Source: Hypanus sabinus
Lineage: Eukaryota
Direction of reading: 5' to 3'
DNA: 64,000 bases
Assembly (NCBI RefSeq): GCF_030144855.1
Contig: NC_082728.1
Coordinates: 32,860,001-32,924,000, forward strand
In this document: piece by piece, positions 38,005-50,898 of the stretch
Position numbering within the stretch: position 1 is the stretch's first letter
How the letters are laid out: every line of letters begins with the position of its first letter
Notes under the pieces: generated by a model
Told to the model about the DNA's origin: nothing
Database searches by the model: none
What the model saw: only the letters and a program-made list of their open reading frames with translations
Made by a program: the position numbers and the translations under genes

Positions 38005-39720
38005 AACATAGAAAACCTACAGCACAATATAGGCCCTTCGCCCACAAAGTTGTGCTGAACATGTCCCTACCTTGGAAATTATTCGGCTTACCTATAGCCC
38101 TCTATTTTACTCAGCTCCATATAATTACCTAAAAGTCTCTTAAAAGACCCCATTGTATCCGCTTCCACCACTGTTGCTGGCAGCCCATTCCATTCACTCA
38201 CCACTCTCCGAGTAAAAAACTTACCCCTGACATCATCTCTGTACCTACTCCCCAGCACCTTAAACCTGTGCCCTCTTGTGGCAACCATTTCAGCTCTGGG
38301 AAAAAGCCTCTGACTATTCACACGATCAATGCCTCTCATCGTCTTGTACACCTGTCACTTCTCATCCTCCTTCACTCCAAGGAGAAAAGGCCGAGTTCAC
38401 TTAACCTTTTCTCATAAGGCATGCTCCCCAATCCAGGCAACATCCTTGTATATCTCCGCTGTACCATTTCTATGGCTTCCACATCCTCCCTGTAGTGAGG
38501 CGACCAAAAATGAGCACAGTACTCCGAGTGGGGTCTGACCCGGGTCCTATATAGCTGCAACATTACCTCTCGACAACTAAATTCAATTACACGATTGATG
38601 AAGGCCAATCCACGATATGCCTTCCTAACCATAGATTTAACCTGTGCAGCTGCTTTGAGTGTCCTATCGACTCGGGCCCCAAGATCCCTCTGATCCTCCA
38701 CACACCGAGAGTCCTACCATTAATACTGTATTCTGCCATCATATTTGATCAACCAAAATGAACCACTTCACACTTATCTGGTTTGAGCTCTATCTGTTAC
38801 TTTTCAGCCAAGTTTTGCATCCTATCAATGTACTGCTGTAACCTCTGACAGCCCTCAACACTATCCACAACACCTCCAACCTTTGTGTCATCAGCAAACT
38901 TACTAATCTATTCCTCCACTTCTTTATCCAGGTCATTTATAAAAATCATGACGAGTAAGGGTCCCAGAACAGATCCCTGAGGCGCACCACTGGTGACCGA
39001 CCTCCATGCAGAATATGACCAGTCTACAACCACTGATTGTCTTTTGTGGACAAGCCAGTTCTGGATCCACAAAACAATGTCCCCTTCAATCCAATGCCTC
39101 CTCACTTTCTCATTAAGCCTTTCATGGGGTACCTTATCAAATGCCTTGTTGAAATTCATGCACACTACATCTATGGCTCTCCTTCATCAGTGTGTTTAGT
39201 CAAATCCTCAAAAATATTCAATTAGGCACATAAGGCACGACCTGCCCTTGACAAAGCCATGCTGAGTATTCCTAATTATATTATACCTCTCCAAATGTTC
39301 ATAAATCCTGCCTCTCAGGATCTTCTCCAAAAACTTACCAACCACTGAGGTTAGAATCACTGGTTTATAATTTCCTGGGCTATCTCTACTCCTTTTCTTG
39401 AATAAAGGAACAGCATCTGCAATCCTCCAGAACCTCTCCCGTCCCCATTGTTGATGCAAAGATCATCGCCTGAGGCTCAGCAATCTCCTCCCTCGCCACC
39501 CAAAGTAATCTGGAGTACATCTTGTCCAGTCCCAGCGACTTATCCAACTTGATGCTTTCCAAAAGCTCCAGCACACCCTCTTTCTTAATATCTACATGCT
39601 CAGGCTTTTCAGTCTGCTGCAAGTCATCACTACAACCACTAAGATCCTTTTCCATAGTGAATACTGAAGTAAGGTATTCATTAGTATCCTCTGCTATTTC
39701 CTCCGGTTCCATACACACTT
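38005..39720 (-). mobile_element. CR1 LINE ORF2 RT to 3' end
   Basis: Minus ORFs: [24 protein letters not shown]...[29 protein letters not shown]; catagaaa tail. Confidence 0.92.
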
Positions 39721-40099
39721 TCACACTTAATTTTTGTATTTGCACGGTTTGTTGTATTCTGCACATCAGCTGACTCTCAGTTGGTGCTGTCTTTCATTGA
39801 TTCTATTATGGTTATTATTCTATTACGGAGTTATTGAGATTGCCCTCAAAAGGGTTGTATGGGGACATATTTGTGGATAATCAGATTCCTCCAAACATCA
39901 ACAGCTTTCCATTTTCCTCAATTTACAAAATGTTTCGCTTTCAACTTCTTGTTCTACCTGTGGATGCCACCCCACCGTTAATTTCTACCTCGCATTCCTC
40001 TTGTCCTTTCATTCCCAGTTCAGTGAGCACGTTTCTCCTTGAAGTTCCTATGCCTTTCTTATTGCTCACACACAAACAATTTGGTGAAATTAGATAAGC

Positions 40100-40820
40100 G
40101 GCGTGAGAGAGGAGTCCCTTTAAATCACACACCCGGACTGAAAATACACACAGCAGCCGGGATCTTGCCTGAAAAGGAAAGCTCCGCAGAGTAGCGATAA
40201 AGAATAGAAAGAAAGCGTCACTTTTCTGTTGCTCTCCCCGTTCCCCTGAACTCTGGGTCACCTGGAGAGGGGTCCCAAAAGCTGACGAAAGGGCTGATTT
40301 CAGAGAGGGCACCAAACGCCATTAGGTGTATTGCAGCTGCTACGCGCTTCATTTAAGTTTGTTATGAATTCTGTCCCAAGTCCAACAAGTTAGTCTCGAT
40401 CCGACACGTTGATAATTCCTTCCCCTCCGAACCGACCCCCGAAGTTCCTCCAGCAGTTCGCTTGTTGCTTAAGCGCCCAGCATTAACCCTTTCTTGTGCC
40501 TGAAACAAGCAGTTTATTTTGTCGAAGCATTGCCGAGAGAGAAATGACCACTAACCGTCAACAAGGAGATGGTGTGTCCCGTAATCCTGCAGACTTCACG
40601 CTGTTAATGCTCGTAGACAATATCCATTCTGACTGATGCCGATGGGACTTCACATTCCCATTAAAACCAGGGCGGGGAAGACCGCTTCAACTCTTCTGCA
40701 CTCGCTAAACTAGCGCCCTGGTAGTTTCTCTTTCACTCCAGAGAATCCGGAACAGTTTGCAATTATAAACTCTTGCAAAGGAAAACAAATCACCCTCGGC
40801 GCAATCTAATCCGTCGCTCA
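40100..40820 (-). promoter_or_regulatory. CpG-rich putative promoter/first exon of gene B with consensus ISRE
   Basis: CpG-dense unique sequence; AGTTTCTCTTTCAC at 40723-40736; candidate donor CAG/gtgacc at 40262/40261. Confidence 0.5.
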
Positions 40821-41249
40821 GAGACTTGATAATCTATCTTGTCGAAAGTACAAGTTTTAACAAACCAAGTTATTGAAATAGTATTAAATGAGAATAATTT
40901 CAAAGAAGCATACCTACTTCTAACTTGTTAAATATGAAGTAATCTGATGAAACACAAAGTTCTCAGCAGCCTATTAATCACATTGCATTAGGGCTCAGCA
41001 ATCACTTATTGGGTTGGGGAGCTTGGGTAACCCCCGCTACACTAGCTACTTCACACAGTGCGGACCAGCACAGCTCAGCAGTCCTAACGCCTGTAGTTAA
41101 ACAGGAGAAAGATGTGTCTCTGCTCTCAGAAATAGCGCAATATTCCTTTCACATGAACTGCTCAGACAGATGGTATAGCCACATTAATGGGACTTTATTA
41201 TAGAACACTCAACAGTCCGCGGGATTTCGAGGAAGGAGTTTGTAGAGAG

Positions 41250-41814
41250 GTCGCAGACAGTTGCAAATAACAAGGTTGTGATAATAGGTAATTTAAACTT
41301 TCCACATATTTAATCGGTACATCAAAGTCCCAACTGTGCGTTACTACATCACCTATTAGGGAGTGAGCAGTGCAGGTGACAGAAATTTGTGTAGGGAAAC
41401 ACATATCTAGTGTTCATAATGACATCAGTTTCAAGGTAATTAGTGGAAAAGGATCGGGCTGAGATTACAAACTGGAGAAAGGCCAATTTAGATGGTATCA
41501 GAAAGAATCTGGCAAGTGTGGATAGGGACAGGCTGTTTTCTGACAAATTGTATACTTGGTAAGTGAGTGGCCTTCAAAAGTGAAATTTTGAGAGTAGAGA
41601 GTTTGTATGTTCCTGTCAGAATAAAAGGCAAGGATAACAGTTTTAGTGAACCTTGATTTTCATGATATTGAGCCCCTGGTAAAGAAAAACAAGGAGGTAC
41701 ATAACAGACATAGGCAGGCAGGAACAAGGGAGATACTTGAGGAATAAAAGAAATGTAGGAGAACACAAGGAGGAAATCGGAGGGCTAAAAAGGACAAGAG
41801 ATTGCTCTAACATA
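41250..41814 (+). mobile_element. CR1 LINE, 5' part (interrupted by the Gypsy element)
   Basis: CR1 sequence reads continuously across the insertion (agggctaaaa...cata | gcata taaggtgaaggagaatcc). Confidence 0.8.
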
Positions 41815-42188
41815 TGTTACACGGGGTGACAGAGGAGAATCCAAGTGCAGGACACCGGCATGTCCACTCAGTTGGGGAGGCTGGCGTAGACCAGAACGTA
41901 GAAGAGGAAACCAGAGCGATCTTGACAAGGAGACGGGATTCACAGGGACTATCTAGAAACTAGAGCAGAACTTGGAACTAACTGTTCCAAACGGAACAGG
42001 AAACAAAGTATCACACGAAAATTAACCAACGAACTGGCAACCTGTGATAGAGTCGTCCTCGTATTTATTCCCAGTCTCTGATGAAAGCCAGGTGTATGAT
42101 TACTGGGTAACTAGCAGCAATTGACTGAAATTGGGGCATGATCAGGGAGAAGAGTGTTAAAGGGAAACGGCCAACGGGAACCATGACA
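41815..42188 (-). repeat. Gypsy 3' LTR (374 bp)
   Basis: Direct repeat of 57405-57768, about 10-15% diverged by eye; preceded on minus by a G-rich PPT. Confidence 0.93.
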
Positions 42189-44090
42189 ATACCCCCCTCC
42201 CCCCAATGGGAGCCTACCAGCATTCCTCCAGGCCTGTCCGGATGGTCCTGATGGAAGTCCTGAATGAGGAAAGGGTCTAGGATAAAGGAGCGGGGGACCC
42301 AGGAACGTTCTTCAGGACCGTACCCCTCCCAGTCCACCAGGTATTGGAGGCCCCTGCCCCGACGGCACACATCTAACAGTCGTCGGACAGTGTATGCCGG
42401 ATGGTTGGCGACGAGCCGGGCAGGGGGAGGAGTCTCAACTGGGGGACACAAAGGGCTGACGAAGACTGGTTTTATCTGGAACACATGAAAGGTTGGGTAA
42501 ATACGCATGGACTTGTGCAGCGTGAGGAGAACCGTTGTGTGGTTGATAATCCTTTCGATCTTGAGTGGTCCCAGGAAGTGGGGGGCGGGTTTCCTAAGTA
42601 CTAGGGCGTATTTGAGCGGGCTGTCCTTGGCGGAAAGCCACATCATCCGCCCCGGTTGGTACTCTGGTACTGGAGTCCGGTGTCGGTCGGCCGTTTTTGT
42701 CGATCTGAGTAGGGCCGTGCGGGTCTCCTCCCAAACCTTCCGGCACCGATCAACATGGTCCCGAACCGACGGTACCGCGATCTCTTCTACCTGACCGGGG
42801 AACAGCAAGGGAACACTCGAACAGGGACCTCCCAATGGTAGAGTTCACCAGGGAGTTGTGGGAGTATTCAATCCAGGGAGATGGTCGCTCCAGGTTGACG
42901 GGTGGTTTGCTGTTACGCAGCGTAACGTTGCCTCCAGGTCCTGGTTAACCCGTTCCGTCTGCCCGTTTGTCTGGGGGTGGAAGCCGGATGACAGTCTGGC
43001 CGTTGCTCCTGGGGCTCGACATACCTGCGAGATGAACTGGGGACCCCGATCGGAGAGGATGTCCGCGGGGATTCCGTGGAGGCGGGAGATGTGATGGACT
43101 AGAAGATCTGCCGTTTCTTGCAAGGGTGGGAGTTTAGGGAGGGCCACAAAATGCACCGCCTTGGAGAATCGGTCTACCATGGTGAGGACAGTTGTGTTTC
43201 CGCGGGAAGGGGATAGACCGGTGACGAAGTCTAGAGCGACGTGGGACCAGGGACGACCAGGTACAGGTAGGGAACGGAGTAATCCCGCAGGTAGCCGATG
43301 GGAGGCTTTTCCACGGGCGCAGACGGAACATGGGAAACATAGGAACGGGTGTCAGGGTCCATGGAGGGCCACCAGAAATGCCTCTTCAGGAGGGTCAGGG
43401 TCCGATCGATTCCGGGATGGCAGGCGAAGCGAGAATTGTGCCCCCACTGTAGGACCTGTGATCGAACAGCATGGGGTACAAAGAGGAGATTGCGAGGTCC
43501 GGTGCCTGGGTAGGGATGCGTCCTTTGGGCCCCTGACTTTGGACCCGATCTCCCAGGTGAGGGCAACCACTACACAGAAATCCGGAAGAATGGTTTCGGA
43601 GTTGGGAAGATCCTCCTCAGAAACGTATTGGCGGGAGAGGGCATCGGGCTTCCCGTTCTTGGACCCCGGACGATAGGTGAGGGAGAACCTGAACCGGCCA
43701 AAAAATAATGCCCAACGGGCCTGGCGGGAATTCAGGCGTTTGGCGGTCTGGATATATTCATGGTTCTTGTGGTCTGTCCAGACGATAAATGGGTGTTCTG
43801 CCCCCCTCCAACCAATGCCTCCACTCTTCCAACGCCAGTTTGACCGCTAGTAGCTCCCGGTTCCCCACGTCGTAGTTTCGTTCGGGGAGAGAAGGCGGCA
43901 CGGGGATGTAGTCTCTGATCCGGGCCCGAACGTTGGGACAGTACCGCTCCCACCCCGGAGGCAGAGGCGTCAAACTCCACAATGAACTGACAGGAGGGGT
44001 TCGGTTGAATCAGAACAGGGGCAGACGTGAAACGCTTCTTCAGTTCGGCGAATGCGGAGTCCGCCCCGGAGTTCCAAAGGAAAGGGGTAG
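42065..44090 (-). pseudogene. Gypsy pol C-terminal part: RNase H, integrase, chromodomain (frameshifted)
   Basis: [13 protein letters not shown] (RH); [11 protein letters not shown] and VDRFSK...SDRGPQF...[10 protein letters not shown] (IN); YTVRRLLD...[17 protein letters not shown] (chromodomain, about 42250-42396). Confidence 0.92.
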
Positions 44091-44439
44091 TATTGGAGTT
44101 TAAAAATATTATGTAGTATAAAACTTGTATCATTTGCTGTGTAACTAGTCAGTTTGCTATGTATGTACTCAATTTAGTAGAATGAAATCTTAGGAATGTA
44201 AAAGACAAATGGTGTGTTAATGGAAGGTAGCTGAAGAGATGTAGATTAGAACTGTACATGTGGTACGTGTGAAACTAGACCAGGATTTTGCTATAAAAAA
44301 TGCCGTGTCCGAGGATCGGTGGGCAATCAGCGACTAGCTCAATGACTGTCTCAGCTTTGATTTGCAAATTAAAGTTTAACCCTTCTTGAAGAATCTTCTG
44401 CGTCTCTTGGTCATTTGTGAGGCACGAAAAACCACGACA
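44091..44439 (+). repeat. ERV 5' LTR (349 bp)
   Basis: Ends ...cacgaCA before the PBS; TATAAA near 44292, ATTAAA near 44368; about 5% diverged from the 3' LTR by eye. Confidence 0.92.
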
Positions 44440-44443
44440 TAAT

Positions 44444-44461
44444 TGGCGACCGCGGCAGGAC
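44444..44461 (+). other. ERV primer-binding site, tRNA-Arg(UCG)
   Basis: TGGCGACCGCGGCAGGAC is the reverse complement of the vertebrate tRNA-Arg(UCG) 3' end (...GTCCTGCCGCGGTCG-CCA), recalled from memory. Confidence 0.85.
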
Positions 44462-44739
44462 CGGATAGAGACCCGCGGAAATGAAACGGCAGACTGGGGG
44501 CACTTCCCAGTCCTCTAGGGACCCCCACAAGGCTAACAGAATTAAGGGTGCACCCAAACAAAAAGTAAGCGCTTTTTGCGACAATTTGGACTAAGAATTC
44601 TGTTGGTTTTGGGGAGGTCTTGGAGTCTCAGAAGTGTGGAACCACTGCCGAAGGGTCTCTCCGGTCCAAAGAATCTGGCAGAATTGGGGGTTAACAGAGG
44701 AGGCTCAGAGGATTGATCAAGAACACTGCAGTGAAGGTA

Positions 44740-45235
44740 AGTACAAAAAAGTTAATAAGAAGTTAAGAAAAAGTCCACGTGGTGTTGGTCAATCCCTGTG
44801 GGTACCGCTTCGTATGAAACGAAGGGCTGAACGGGCAGGGAAAGTAGAATAGAAAATCCTCGTGGATACCGCCTTAAGAGATAAAGGTCTGAACGGCCGA
44901 GGTGTTTAGAGTAGAAAATCCTCGTGGACACCTCCTTAAGAGATAAGGGTCTGAACGGGCGAGGTGCAAAGAGCAAGTTCTGTAGGTACCGCTCTGATTA
45001 GAGGTCTGCACGGGCAGGACAGAATAGGAAACAAGTTCAGTCCAATATATAGTTAAAAGCGCTGGTAGATAGACAATAGACTAGGCATAGAATTAGAGTA
45101 AGTTAAGAAAAAGTCCACATGGTGTGTAGAATTAGAGTGAATTTAGTGAAGAAAAAGTCCACGTGGTGTGTAGAATTAGAGTGAATTTAGTGAAGAAAAA
45201 GTCCACGTGGTGTTAGACTAGGCGTAGAATTAGAG
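44740..45235 (+). repeat. Tandem repeats in the ERV leader (44-bp unit, about 3 copies; about 63-bp unit, 2 copies)
   Basis: gtccac recurs at 45113, 45157 and 45201; agaaaatcctcgtgga...ggtctgaacgg is duplicated at about 44850 and 44914. Confidence 0.85.
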
Positions 45236-45298
45236 TAAGTAATATTATCCAGTAAACAAACTGTGAATCTCTGAAATACCTTAAAAAGATAAAATAAC

Positions 45299-47442
45299 AT
45301 GACAGGTAAAGGAACGGCAGTAGAGATTCTGAGCAAAAAAATTCCCGTTAATTAATAATGAGATCACAAAAGCTTCAGAAAAATGGGGAAAAAAGAATCA
45401 ATAACCTGGTCACAAAGTGGCCAAGAGAAGGAACGTTTGATGTAAGTTTGTGCGAAGAAATGGAGGGACTAATTAAAAATTACAAACCAAAAGATAAATC
45501 TAAGAAAAGAGAGCAAAAAAGAGAAAGAGAAATGGAAGTGCTAAAACTCCAGAACGGAGGGGGAAAGGCTGAGGAGGACAGGTAGAATATTGATTACAAG
45601 CGAGGAAGACACTAAGGTGCCGGAGAAACAGCCTGTTAAAGAGAGAGAAGGGTGCGGTGAGAAGCTGGCTTCGGCTCCGTACCCGAATGCGAAAGAAACA
45701 GAAAAACCCCCTCCCTATAATGAGGAAGGAACCCCTAAGCAGTGCCCCCTGCTGACAGGGACAGTGACCATGCAGGGAGAAGTCCAAGTTTGGGATAATG
45801 AGGAGGAGAAAAAACAATACGAGAAGGAAAAAGCGGCGATATGGAAGGAGATACAGGCAGAAAAGATTAAGATAGAACAGGTACAGAGAGAAATGGGAGA
45901 AGAGATTGAACGGATGAAATACTTAAAAGAGGAAAAGGAGTATGAGGAGTATTGGTTATACTATAGAAATAAACAGACTAGAAGAGAAGGTGACTCATTG
46001 GAGGAGCAAGAGTTAAGTGGAGAGAGAGAGGATGTGAGAATTTGTGGGGAAGAGATAGGAGGCAGTAGGGGAGCGACTTGTGGAAGTAGAGAGAGAGCTA
46101 GATAAGTTACTGAGAGTGGATTGCCAGATGTGAAAAATACTCCAGGGGCCAACCAAGTATTGAATCAGGACAGAAAGGAAGGACTCCACAGGGAGACCGA
46201 GGGAAGAAGAGAACCCCGGAGACATTTGTGTGGGAGGCAGTAAAGACAAACCCTGAGACAGATGGGGAGTCAGGTGAGGAGAAGAGCCAGGGCAGTTGGG
46301 AAGAAGGAGGAAGAATGATGCCATTGTTAGTAAAAGGATCAGGACAAGTGCAGTATATCCCTCGGGGATCCCAGGACCTAGAAGGGCTGAAAAACACTCT
46401 GCCGGATCTACATGAAGGAGCAGGGAAATGGATTAGAGCCTTTGAAGAAGAAACAGCGGGACGATTATTGGCTATGGGAGATTTGAAGGCACTGTTGATA
46501 AGGTTGATGGGAACCTCCAAATTTAACGAACTAATGGAAATGGCTGGCATAGTAAACTCAAACGACCCGAGAACCGATGGAGACAGGTTTGGCAGAGTGA
46601 GGCAGAGGGTATGGCAGGCCCTCAGAAAGTTTTATCCACCCAAAGTGGACCCCAAAGCCTTAAAAGGGGATCCACTGGGAGACACTGAAAACCCAGCAGC
46701 CTACGTAGAAAACCAGTTGAAAAGGTGGAGACTGGAGACTGAGCAAGAGGTGGAGAATAGCTTATTTATGACCTCACTGTTCCGACATAGCATTTTGGAT
46801 GCAATGCCTTCACAAGTAAAATCCAAACTGGAGGAAGTGGTTGGGCTAACGTCAAAGACCCCACAAGAATTTAGAGACCACGTAGTCCATGCGGTTGAGA
46901 AATACCGAAAAGACAAACGAAGGTTGGCTGAGCAGCAGGAAGAGGTGCAAAGAAAGTTAATACAAATGCAGCTTGAAGAACTCAAAAAGAAGGAAAAAGA
47001 GAAAAGCAAAAAGATGCTGCCAGCAACCACTGGTCCGAGTACAGCCATTGAACCGGACAAAGCACTGCTATATGGGGGAACTGATCATACTGTAAGACAA
47101 GGGCTGGAAAACCCCATGCCAATAATCGTCTTTGGCGGAGCATTCCCACAAATGCCCTATCAGGAACAGACTAAATTCAAACAGCCCAGACAGGACTGGA
47201 AGTCCCAAGGAGGGGGACAGAGGAGCTATGGGCAGAGAGAACCAGTGAGGAAACAGGGGGAAAGAGAAGTAGAGAGATTGTGCTGGGAATGTAATCAGCC
47301 AGGTCACATGAAAAGAGATTGTCCGTTTATACTATGGCCTGTCACACACCAGCAGGAACCGATAAGAAGGGAACTAAAGTTTAGCCAAGGACCAGCCCCC
47401 ACAGGCCCAAGCGGACCTGTGAACCCCTATGCGAGGTATTAG
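45299..47442 (+). pseudogene. gag: ERV gag (broken 5' part; 46228-47442 open CA-NC)
   Basis: KWPREGTFD matrix-like motif; zinc knuckle CWECNQPGHMKRDC; ends in TAG at 47440-47442. Confidence 0.9.
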
Positions 47443-50400
47443 GGGTGCCCCGAGAACTTGAGTGGGAAGGGACATTACTCAATGATAACAAGGGAGGCAG
47501 ATGAGGAACCCATTGTTCAGGTTATGTTAGAAGGACAACTGACACCAATGATGATAGATACTGGAGCCACGTACACTTGCGTACAGCCACAGTATGCCCT
47601 TCACCTTCCCATGTCAAGAAAGTTTATTAAGACGGTATGGTCTCGGGGAAAACACAGTTGACACAGTGCACGGCTCCACTGCGGTTGAGAATGGGAAATA
47701 AAATTGTTTTGCCGGTGCTAGTATTTAAAGGAACTCCAATTAATTTGTTAGGCAGAGATGCCTTATTGAATTGGAATTAAAATTAGAATGCACCAGAAAT
47801 GGGCTGAGTGTGGGAAGAGCAGGGGCTCAATTGATAGTGCGAGAAGACAAGAAGGCTAATGTCTTTTGGATAGGAGACATCGCAGATCAGATTCAGGAAT
47901 CCTGGGAAAAATGGAAAAAGGGCGTGCAGGTTATATTACCCAGGGCTGTAATGCCCAAATCTGAGCTACATTGTACAGTGATCGTTGACGAGACTCAGAA
48001 CGGGGAGTTAGAGGAGAAATGGCACCTAGAGGCGTGTACCCAGCAGCGCCTGGAAGGGGAGGCTGTGATAATTGGAAAGCAAGGGGCAGCTTTACAAGTT
48101 ACATGGAACACCTTTTTAGAAAAATGGTACAGGATACCGGAGGCTGCGCCCCACGTAACGTTGTTGGTAAACATGGGATATCAGTCTAAAGACTTAGGAC
48201 CCTTAGTTAAGAGTGCTGAAACCGCAACAGTGTGGAGGAAAATCACGCCAGAGGTGTGGATATCAGAAGACAACAATTGTATTAAAATAATGGTAAGTGT
48301 AGATATGGTAGGGACAGTGAGAGAGGTCGAAATAACTCCCCAACCACACCTGCCCTTGCTGGGAAAGGAAAGAGGCCAGCAGAAAGATAAAAGGTTAGAT
48401 GAGTTGCCATCTATTCTCTGGCCACAGCATGACACGGACGTAGGGAGTCCGGTGGAAGTAAGGCTGAAAAGGGGAGCAATTCCACCCCGGAGACCACAAT
48501 ACCCTCTAAGACCAGAAGCAGAAGAGGGAATAGCATCGACAGTGCAGGGGTTGCTTGAAATAGGAGTGCTTAAAAGAAGCACTCCATGCAATAAGAAGTC
48601 CATGCAATACCCCGTTGCTGCTGGTTTTAAAAGCAGATAAATCTAAGTGGAGATTGGTGCATGATTTGCGAGCGGTAAATGATGTGGTAGAGGACTGGCC
48701 AGCGGTAGTCCCCAACCCACACACGCTTTTGACTAATGTTCCACCAGGAGCAAGTTACTTTTCAGTGATTGATTTGTGTTCGGCTTTCTTCAGCATTCCT
48801 GTAGCCCACCAGTGTCAGTATTTGTTTGCATTTACTTACAGAGGTGCTCAGTATACCTATACCAGAATGCCGCAAGGATTTAAACATTCACCACACGTTT
48901 TTAATCAGGTATTGAAGGCAGACCTGGAGGGTATGCCATTGGAAAGTACATTGTTACAGTATGTTGATGACCTGTTGATTTGCTCCCACAGTAAGGAACA
49001 GTGTGAGCAGGACACTATAACTCTGTTAGAGAAGCTAGCGCACGGAGGACATAAAGTATCCAGAAAGAAACTGCAATTTTGCACACAGCAAGTGGAATAC
49101 TTAGGCAGGGTAATATCCAAGGGAGTGAAGGCGATAGCACCAGATCAGATTGAGGCAATAACTAAGGCCGCCAAACCCCAGACTGTAGGGCAGATGATGA
49201 CGTTTTTGGGAATGGCAGGGTACAGCTCAGATTGGATAGGAGAATATGCCGAGATTGTGGCACCTTTAAGAAAGATAATGAAAGAAGCAGGACATACAAA
49301 TTTGAAGAATGGCTTACAGTGGGATGGAGAGGCAGAGACAGCTTTCAATACTAAGCAGGAATTGCAGTCAGAACCAGCATTAGCTTTGCCTGACTACGAG
49401 AAGGTTTTTTATTTGTATGTATCCAACCGACAGGAGGGTTATGTTACAGCAGTTCTAACACAAGAGACAGGCACAGGAAAAGCAAAGCAGCCGATAGCAT
49501 ACTACATACAGTACGAGACTAGATGAGGTGGCTCAGGGGTATCCACCCTGTTATCAGGGATTGGCGTCGCTGTACTATGCATATGAAAAGGCATCATCTG
49601 TAACCCTGGGCTATCCTGTGACTCTGTACACACACCACAAAGTAGCAGAATTACTGGAAAGAGGGAAATTTGTGTTAACGCCAGCTAGGATAGCAGTGTA
49701 TCAGATGCTATTGACATTTCCAGATATAACTATACAGAGATGCACTACCAGTAATATAGCCGATTTTGTCCCTTTGGGCTATGAAGGAGAACCCCATGAT
49801 TGTGTAGGGAAGACGATGGCATTTGCCAAATTAAGAGCAGATTTACGATCAGAACCAGTAGAGGATGCAGATAAAAAGGTTCTGTTCGTAGATGGCTCTT
49901 GTTATAGGGATTATGATGGAAATCACGCAGGGTTCTCAGTCGTGCAGCAGGATCAGTCGAGCTATAAGATTATTAGGATGGAGTCCTGTCCCCAACCGTG
50001 TTCCGCCCAACTAGCGGAAATCAAAGCCCTGATAGCTGCGTGTGAAATGATGGAAGGTGAGAAAGTAGACATCAAAACTGATTCGGCATATGCTCATAAA
50101 GTATGCCATTTGTTCGGGGCAGTGTGGAAGCAGAGAGGTTTTAAAAAAAAGTAGCGGAGATCCCATACAACATTGTCCGCAAATTCTAGACTTAATAAAA
50201 GCCATAATGAAACCTAAAGCATTGACTATAGTAAAATGCCAGGCACATTAAAAGGGAAACGATGTAATAACAAAGGGAAATCAAGCTGTGGACGAGGCAG
50301 CCAGAAAAGCGTCTGTGTGTACGTCAGCTGTCATTGCCCCCCAGGTAAGCCTAACTCCAAAACCTGAGGTAAAGGACCTGATTGAAATACAAGGTAAGGC

Positions 50401-50890
50401 AACTTTGGCAGAACAGACAATGTGGAGAAAAAGGGGGGGCAAGCAGAACCCGGAAGGCTTGTGGAGCACGGAAGATGGTTTGTTGGTAGTGCCCACCCCT
50501 CTACTGACGATTCTGATTTCAGAAGCGCATGGGATGGACCATTGTGCAAGGGAGGGAAGTGATAAAGAAAATAAAGAAGGATGGTTTTTGGTCACCTTAT
50601 TTACAGGCTTCAGTGGACTTTTTCTTGTCACAGTGTGAGGTATGCGCACAGAATAATGTTCGAAAGGGAATTACAACCCCAATAGGCCACATTCCTGTAC
50701 CTGAAGGACCATTTAAACATCTAGTGGTCGATTACGTAGACATGATAAAGACAGTGAGAGGGAAAAGATACATGCTGGTAGTAATTGATCGATTTAGCAG
50801 ATGGGTGGAGGCGGTACCTTCAAAAGATCAAGGGGCAAAGACGGTGGTAAGATTTCTGACAAATGAAGTTTGGAATACCTACAGAAGTTA
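47443..50890 (+). pseudogene. pol: ERV pro-pol: protease, 2H-phosphoesterase-like domain, RT, RNase H, integrase N-half (frameshifted)
   Basis: MIDTGATYT and NLLGRD (PR); LHCT...PHVTL (2H); LPQG-like MPQGFKHSP and YVDD (RT); FVDGS...AQLAE...TDS (RH); HHCC and DRFSRWVE (IN). Confidence 0.93.
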
Positions 50891-50898
50891 GCTTAAAC

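Noticed and set aside
41009-41203. Short plus ORF next to the CpG region as a divergent gene
   Set aside because: Non-ATG start, no motif, no downstream exon support
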